Of a stretch of DNA of 46,651 nt, positions 42,580 through 46,651 are shown piece after piece. The position numbers and the translations under genes are program-made. This stretch comes from an uncultured Candidatus Poseidoniales archaeon (GTDB lineage: Archaea; Thermoplasmatota; Poseidoniia; Poseidoniales; Poseidoniaceae), in contig CAJJCM010000002.1 in assembly GCA_905182635.1 (NCBI GenBank), forward strand, positions 1 through 46,651. The letters are read 5' to 3'. Within the stretch, counting starts at the first letter, position 1, and every line of letters starts with the position of its first letter. Under the pieces are notes generated by a model. The model did not search any database, was not told the origin of the DNA, and saw only the letters and a program-made list of their open reading frames with translations.

Positions 42580-43830
42580 TTATTGATTCTGCCGTATTCG
42601 CTTAGATGCCGTCCACAACATCACACCAATGACGACGGTGGATGCAGTGACGAAAAGGAAGTTCAAGAAACCTCTCCCACTCTCTATAGAGCCAATCGCT
42701 AAGGTGTCAATCGAGTAGGTTGCAGCGTCTCCATTTGCATTTATCCCATAGGCATAAACGACATCATTAGAGACATCTGAAGTTTCGATCGTCAAAAGCA
42801 AAGGTTGTGCCAAAGGCATTTTCTCAGCAACGCCATCAACCATACGAACGACAGAGGTACTTCCTGCGCTTCCGAACAGCCAAACTGCTCCGTTTTCATC
42901 GAGTGTTGCTGAAACACTGGAAAAGTCCACAGTTGTCGTCGTTCGGTCTTTGGCGATATGGACTGCCGAATCCGTTCCTGCTGCAAGCAAAGTTCCGTTG
43001 TCAAGTCGAACCAATGAGTGAATCTCTCCCTTGTCCAGTTCTTCAATAGATGTAAGCATTGGCGAGGTAGGTCCAGCCGACCAAGAAATGAAGCCGATAA
43101 CGGGGTGCTTTATTGGTGCAGCAGGGCTATCTTCATCGGCACCAAAGGCATTGGTCGTCAAACCAATTGCAATCCAGGTGCCATCATCTAACGCTTCAAC
43201 CATATTCCAAGCGATGTTGCCGGAATTCACCATTGCAGCGGTCAATGTCGCATTTCCAAAAGCATCTTGAGCTGGTAAAAGTTCTGAGCCTACGGAACCA
43301 AAACCACGAAGACTGGTCGAGTCTCCTTCATCGGTAACCATCAGCCAGCGGTACGAATCACCATTTGGTTGTTCAGCAACATCAACGACATCAAAAACTT
43401 CTTGGTTGCTGTTGAGAGGGAGAATGGTGCGTTGTGATACCTCAGCATTGACATGGATGATTTCAAGGGTATTGTTTGAAGGAGAGACAACAATACTTCC
43501 GTCGTGCAGTTCAGTCATGAATGTCATTCCTAACACATCATCATAATTTGCACCGATATCATTGAGGATACCCGCATCATCTTGATGCAAGATAATTCCA
43601 CCTTCATCGCCGAGGATTAAAGCGGTGTAGGTGCCAGAATCACCGTAGATAATGTCCAATACTCGTCCATCGACTGCATCGAGTCCATTACTTCTGTATT
43701 CGACACCAGGGAGCGAGGATGTGCCTTGTATGGCGAGAGCGCCGATAATTATAAAGACGAAAAAGCCGGTTATAGCAAGCCATTGATGTTCCGATTCTTC
43801 TTCAAGAAGACCGCGCCAACCCTTCGCCAT
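42580..43830 (-). CDS. Hypothetical membrane-anchored beta-rich (possible beta-propeller) protein
   Basis: N-terminal and C-terminal TM helices flank an acidic, beta-strand-rich domain. Likely start is ATG 43830 (MAKGWRG). Confidence 0.7.
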   Translation of the reverse strand: MAKGWRGLLEEESEHQWLAITGFFVFIIIGALAIQGTSSLPGVEYRSNGLDAVDGRVLDIIYGDSGTYTALILGDEGGIILHQDDAGILNDIGANYDDVLGMTFMTELHDGSIVVSPSNNTLEIIHVNAEVSQRTILPLNSNQEVFDVVDVAEQPNGDSYRWLMVTDEGDSTSLRGFGSVGSELLPAQDAFGNATLTAAMVNSGNIAWNMVEALDDGTWIAIGLTTNAFGADEDSPAAPIKHPVIGFISWSAGPTSPMLTSIEELDKGEIHSLVRLDNGTLLAAGTDSAVHIAKDRTTTTVDFSSVSATLDENGAVWLFGSAGSTSVVRMVDGVAEKMPLAQPLLLTIETSDVSNDVVYAYGINANGDAATYSIDTLAIGSIESGRGFLNFLFVTASTVVIGVMLWTASKRIRQNQ

Positions 43831-43979
43831 GATTACAGGATGCGAAACGAGCACATGAAACCTTTTATCGAACCATGAGCCAAGTATCTGTTCTCTAATT
43901 CGGGATTTCTTGCGGCAAGGCTTGAGGCGGAGAGATGATAAAGGGAATATAGGTGGCAAGAATGCTTGGAGAGAGTATC

Positions 43980-44519
43980 ATGGCACGTAAACCAGCATCA
44001 ATGTATCGCCGCCTTAAGGGGCCTGCCTATACCCGCCGTAAGTACATTGGCGGTGTTCCGAACAACAGAATTCAGTCATTCCACTCAGGAAACCGTGTTG
44101 CTGCTGAGACTGGGCAGTTCAAAGTCATCATGGAACTCCGTGCTGACAACGACTGTCAAATTCGACACACTGCCCTTGAAGCAGCCCGTGTTATTTCAAA
44201 CTCCACCATCCGTAATATTGCAGGAACTCAAGGCTACGCTCTTCGAGTCCACACCTTCCCTCATCACGTGCTTCGTGAAAATAAGCAAGCAACTGGTGCT
44301 GGTGCTGACCGTGTTTCTCAAGGAATGCGCTGCGCATTCGGAAAGAATGTCGGAACAGCCGCTCGTGTCAGACGAGGACAACGAGTTATGTCTTTGCAAG
44401 TCAATCCAGAGCACTACCTCACTGCCCGTGATGCAATGCGTAAGGCCAGCATGAAGTTCCCTACTCCATGCACCGTCCGCTTGATTCAAGGACACGAGCA
44501 CCTCAAGGGTCTCATTTGA
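43980..44519 (+). CDS. rpl10e: 50S ribosomal protein uL16 (L10e)
   Basis: MARKPASMYR, QIRHTALEAAR, FPHHVLRENKQATGAGADRVSQGMRCAFGK. Confidence 0.97.
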   Translation: MARKPASMYRRLKGPAYTRRKYIGGVPNNRIQSFHSGNRVAAETGQFKVIMELRADNDCQIRHTALEAARVISNSTIRNIAGTQGYALRVHTFPHHVLRENKQATGAGADRVSQGMRCAFGKNVGTAARVRRGQRVMSLQVNPEHYLTARDAMRKASMKFPTPCTVRLIQGHEHLKGLI

Positions 44520-44523
44520 AATC

Positions 44524-44573
44524 CATTGGGTTTTGCCCAATGTCGGACAAACCTCTGTTTGTTGAGGCTTTTT
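44524..44573 (+). terminator. Two hairpins followed by a T-tract downstream of rpl10e
   Basis: CATTGGG/CCCAATG stem (44524-44542), then a short CCTC/GAGG stem followed by a T run. Confidence 0.35.
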
Positions 44574-44635
44574 GGGCGTGAGTTCCATAAGTCTGAATAA
44601 AAATCAATCGTTGAAGCAAACAAGGAGGTGGATGA

Positions 44636-46414
44636 ATGAGAGTCGCAGTTCTAAAGGAAGATCATTGTCAACCGAAGAAATGCAACGATGAATGTCAAGT
44701 TTTCTGCCCACCGGTTCGTAACGGTCAAGAATGCATCATCATGGATGATAAGACTGGTAAACCTCACATTTCTGAGAGCCTCTGCATCGGTTGTGGTATT
44801 TGTATTAACAAATGTCCGCATGATGCTTTAATTATCGAACAATTGCCAAGTGAACTGGAAACCGATATGATTCACCGGTATTCTATGAATGGTTTCCGTC
44901 TGTTTCGTTTACCAACACCTTCGAAGGAAAGTGTCGTTGGAATTCTTGGGCCAAACGGGATGGGGAAATCAACTGCAATCAATGCACTTTCAGGTCGAAT
45001 GGTCCCCAACCTTGGCGATTGGATGAACAAAGATGCCGATTGGGATGATATTATTGAATCACTTCCCCGTGGCGAATTACGAGATTTCTTTATTTCGGTT
45101 GAAAAGGGTGACATCAAAGTGGCTTTGAAACCACAGAATGTCGATCGCTTACCAAAGAAAATCCAAGGCACAGTCCGAGACTTGCTTACAAGGGTGGACG
45201 AGAGGAACATGTTCGAAGAGCTGACCAAAGAACTGGCAATCGACCACTTGCTCGACCGAACTGTACAGCAACTTTCTGGCGGTGAATTACAACGAATGGC
45301 AATTTGTGCTACACTGTTGCGTGATGTGGATGTTTATTTCTTCGACGAACCCTCATCCTATCTGGATATTCACGAACGTATGCGTATTGTAAGAATCATA
45401 CAAAAATTAGCAGAGACAAAGCGTGTGATTGTAATTGAACACGACCTCGCAGTTCTCGACGTACTTGCAGACTTGGTCCACATCGTCTATGGTGTAAAGG
45501 GTGCTTTTGGAATCTTCACACCCGCGCGAACGACTCGCCAAGCCATCAATACCTATCTCGATGGTTTCTTGCCAGAACAAAATGTTCGTATTCGTGATAA
45601 ACCAATCAAGTTCCTTAATCACAGTGACCGTGTATCTGAAACTGGCAGTGAAGTCGTTTCTTGGGGTGGCCTTTCGAAGAAACTTGGCGAGTTCCAACTC
45701 ACCACAGGCGAAGGCGCAGTACATCGTTCAGAAGTGGTTGGTGTCGTCGGTCCAAACGGCACAGGCAAAACTACGATGATCAAAATTTTAGCAGGTGAAC
45801 ACGGTTACGATGAAGGATGGGTCACTGAAAATGCGACGGTTTCATACAAGCCTCAACACATCGATGTCGACATGGATTGCAGTGTGCAACTATGGCTTGA
45901 CAGCGAGATTGGTCCAAAGTGGCGTGTTGGTGAATACAATGTCAACGTCATTCGTGCATTAGGTGTTGACCAATTACTTCCAAAACGAGTTAAGAAACTC
46001 TCTGGAGGTGAACGCCAAGCCGTTGCTATCGCAATCTGCCTTGGAAGAGATGCCGACCTTTACCTGTTGGATGAACCTTCAGCCCACCTTGATGCAAACG
46101 CTCGAATGGAGGCTGCGAAGGCAATACGAAGAACGATGGAAGCCAATGAGAAATCAGCATTTGTCATTGACCACGATGTTTACTTTATTGATATCGTGAG
46201 CGATTCTCTCCTTGTCTTTGAAGGCGAAGGTGGAATTCACGGTAAGGCGGAAGGCCCGTTCAAACTTCGTGAAGGAATGAATCGTTTCCTTGAAGGAGTC
46301 AACGTCACGTTCCGGCGTGATCATGATTCAAAGCGTCCACGAATCAACAAAATCGAAAGTCGAAAAGACCGAGAACAACGAGGAGTCGGAGACTTCTATT
46401 CCTTTGACCATTGA
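44636..46414 (+). CDS. rli: Ribosome recycling ATPase ABCE1/RLI
   Basis: N-terminal Fe-S cysteines (CQPKKC...C...CP, CIGCGICINKCP), two ABC cassettes (GPNGMGKST/LSGGELQR, GPNGTGKTT/LSGGERQ), C-terminal TFRRD...RPRINK. Confidence 0.97.
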   Translation: MRVAVLKEDHCQPKKCNDECQVFCPPVRNGQECIIMDDKTGKPHISESLCIGCGICINKCPHDALIIEQLPSELETDMIHRYSMNGFRLFRLPTPSKESVVGILGPNGMGKSTAINALSGRMVPNLGDWMNKDADWDDIIESLPRGELRDFFISVEKGDIKVALKPQNVDRLPKKIQGTVRDLLTRVDERNMFEELTKELAIDHLLDRTVQQLSGGELQRMAICATLLRDVDVYFFDEPSSYLDIHERMRIVRIIQKLAETKRVIVIEHDLAVLDVLADLVHIVYGVKGAFGIFTPARTTRQAINTYLDGFLPEQNVRIRDKPIKFLNHSDRVSETGSEVVSWGGLSKKLGEFQLTTGEGAVHRSEVVGVVGPNGTGKTTMIKILAGEHGYDEGWVTENATVSYKPQHIDVDMDCSVQLWLDSEIGPKWRVGEYNVNVIRALGVDQLLPKRVKKLSGGERQAVAIAICLGRDADLYLLDEPSAHLDANARMEAAKAIRRTMEANEKSAFVIDHDVYFIDIVSDSLLVFEGEGGIHGKAEGPFKLREGMNRFLEGVNVTFRRDHDSKRPRINKIESRKDREQRGVGDFYSFDH

Positions 46415-46429
46415 GAGGCTGATGATACA

Positions 46430-46651
46430 ATGCCCGTAGGAATACCACCACTTGGAGGCCCATTGGGGCGCTCACGTTCACGAATTTCTGCGAGCGGCTT
46501 GACCACCTTTCTTCGTTGTAAACGTCAATGGTTCCTTGGTTCTAAAGTTGGGATTTCAGGACCATTGCGGCCATCCCAAGTGATTGGAATTGTACTTGAG
46601 GATGCATTCTGTAGTTTGATGATGCAACGTCCAACAGTACACATTGAAACG
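46430..46651 (+). CDS. PD-(D/E)XK nuclease family protein (AddB/Cas4-like N-terminus), 3'-truncated
   Basis: Translated by hand (not in the ORF track): MPVGIPPLGGPLGRSRSRISASGLTTFLRCKRQWFL...IGIVLEDAF. The 'SxSxL..F..C.RQW...G' pattern is typical of this family. Open to the window end. Confidence 0.6.
   Translation, partial: MPVGIPPLGGPLGRSRSRISASGLTTFLRCKRQWFLGSKVGISGPLRPSQVIGIVLEDAFCSLMMQRPTVHIET

Noticed and set aside
43831-43979. Overlapping extended starts for the membrane protein and rpl10e
   Set aside because: Both have better downstream ATGs (43830 and 43980), leaving a normal divergent promoter gap.

Overview
Gene-dense archaeal chromosomal segment with about 35 CDS. No rRNA, tRNA, CRISPR array, integrase or transposase was recognised. 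Archaeal markers (rpl10e/uL16, ABCE1/RLI, Hel308-Cgi121, RPA plus RPA-associated protein, class III archaeal pilin, prenyl synthase-geranylgeranyl reductase) occur with bacterial-type genes (gyrB-gyrA, mutS-mutL, moaA, type I aroD, aroA, tldD-tldE) and large acidic PKD surface proteins. This mix best fits Marine Group II / Ca. Poseidoniales (inferred from gene content, no database search). Main leads: (1) a compact Tad/type IV pilus-like operon headed by a 117-aa protein resembling the Mu-phage 'DNA circularization N-terminal'/tail-hub fold, lying between the rpa operon and a triple-SAP-motif protein; (2) a ~90-aa Hel308 insertion with tandem FxxA (BRC/RadA-type) motifs; (3) a bacterial-type MutS with a canonical PCNA PIP box; (4) a HemC-like protein lacking the cofactor cysteine, head-to-head with a long-chain-type prenyl synthase and GGR; (5) a putative pseudoknot covering the rpa Shine-Dalgarno. 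All homology calls are by-eye motif recognition.
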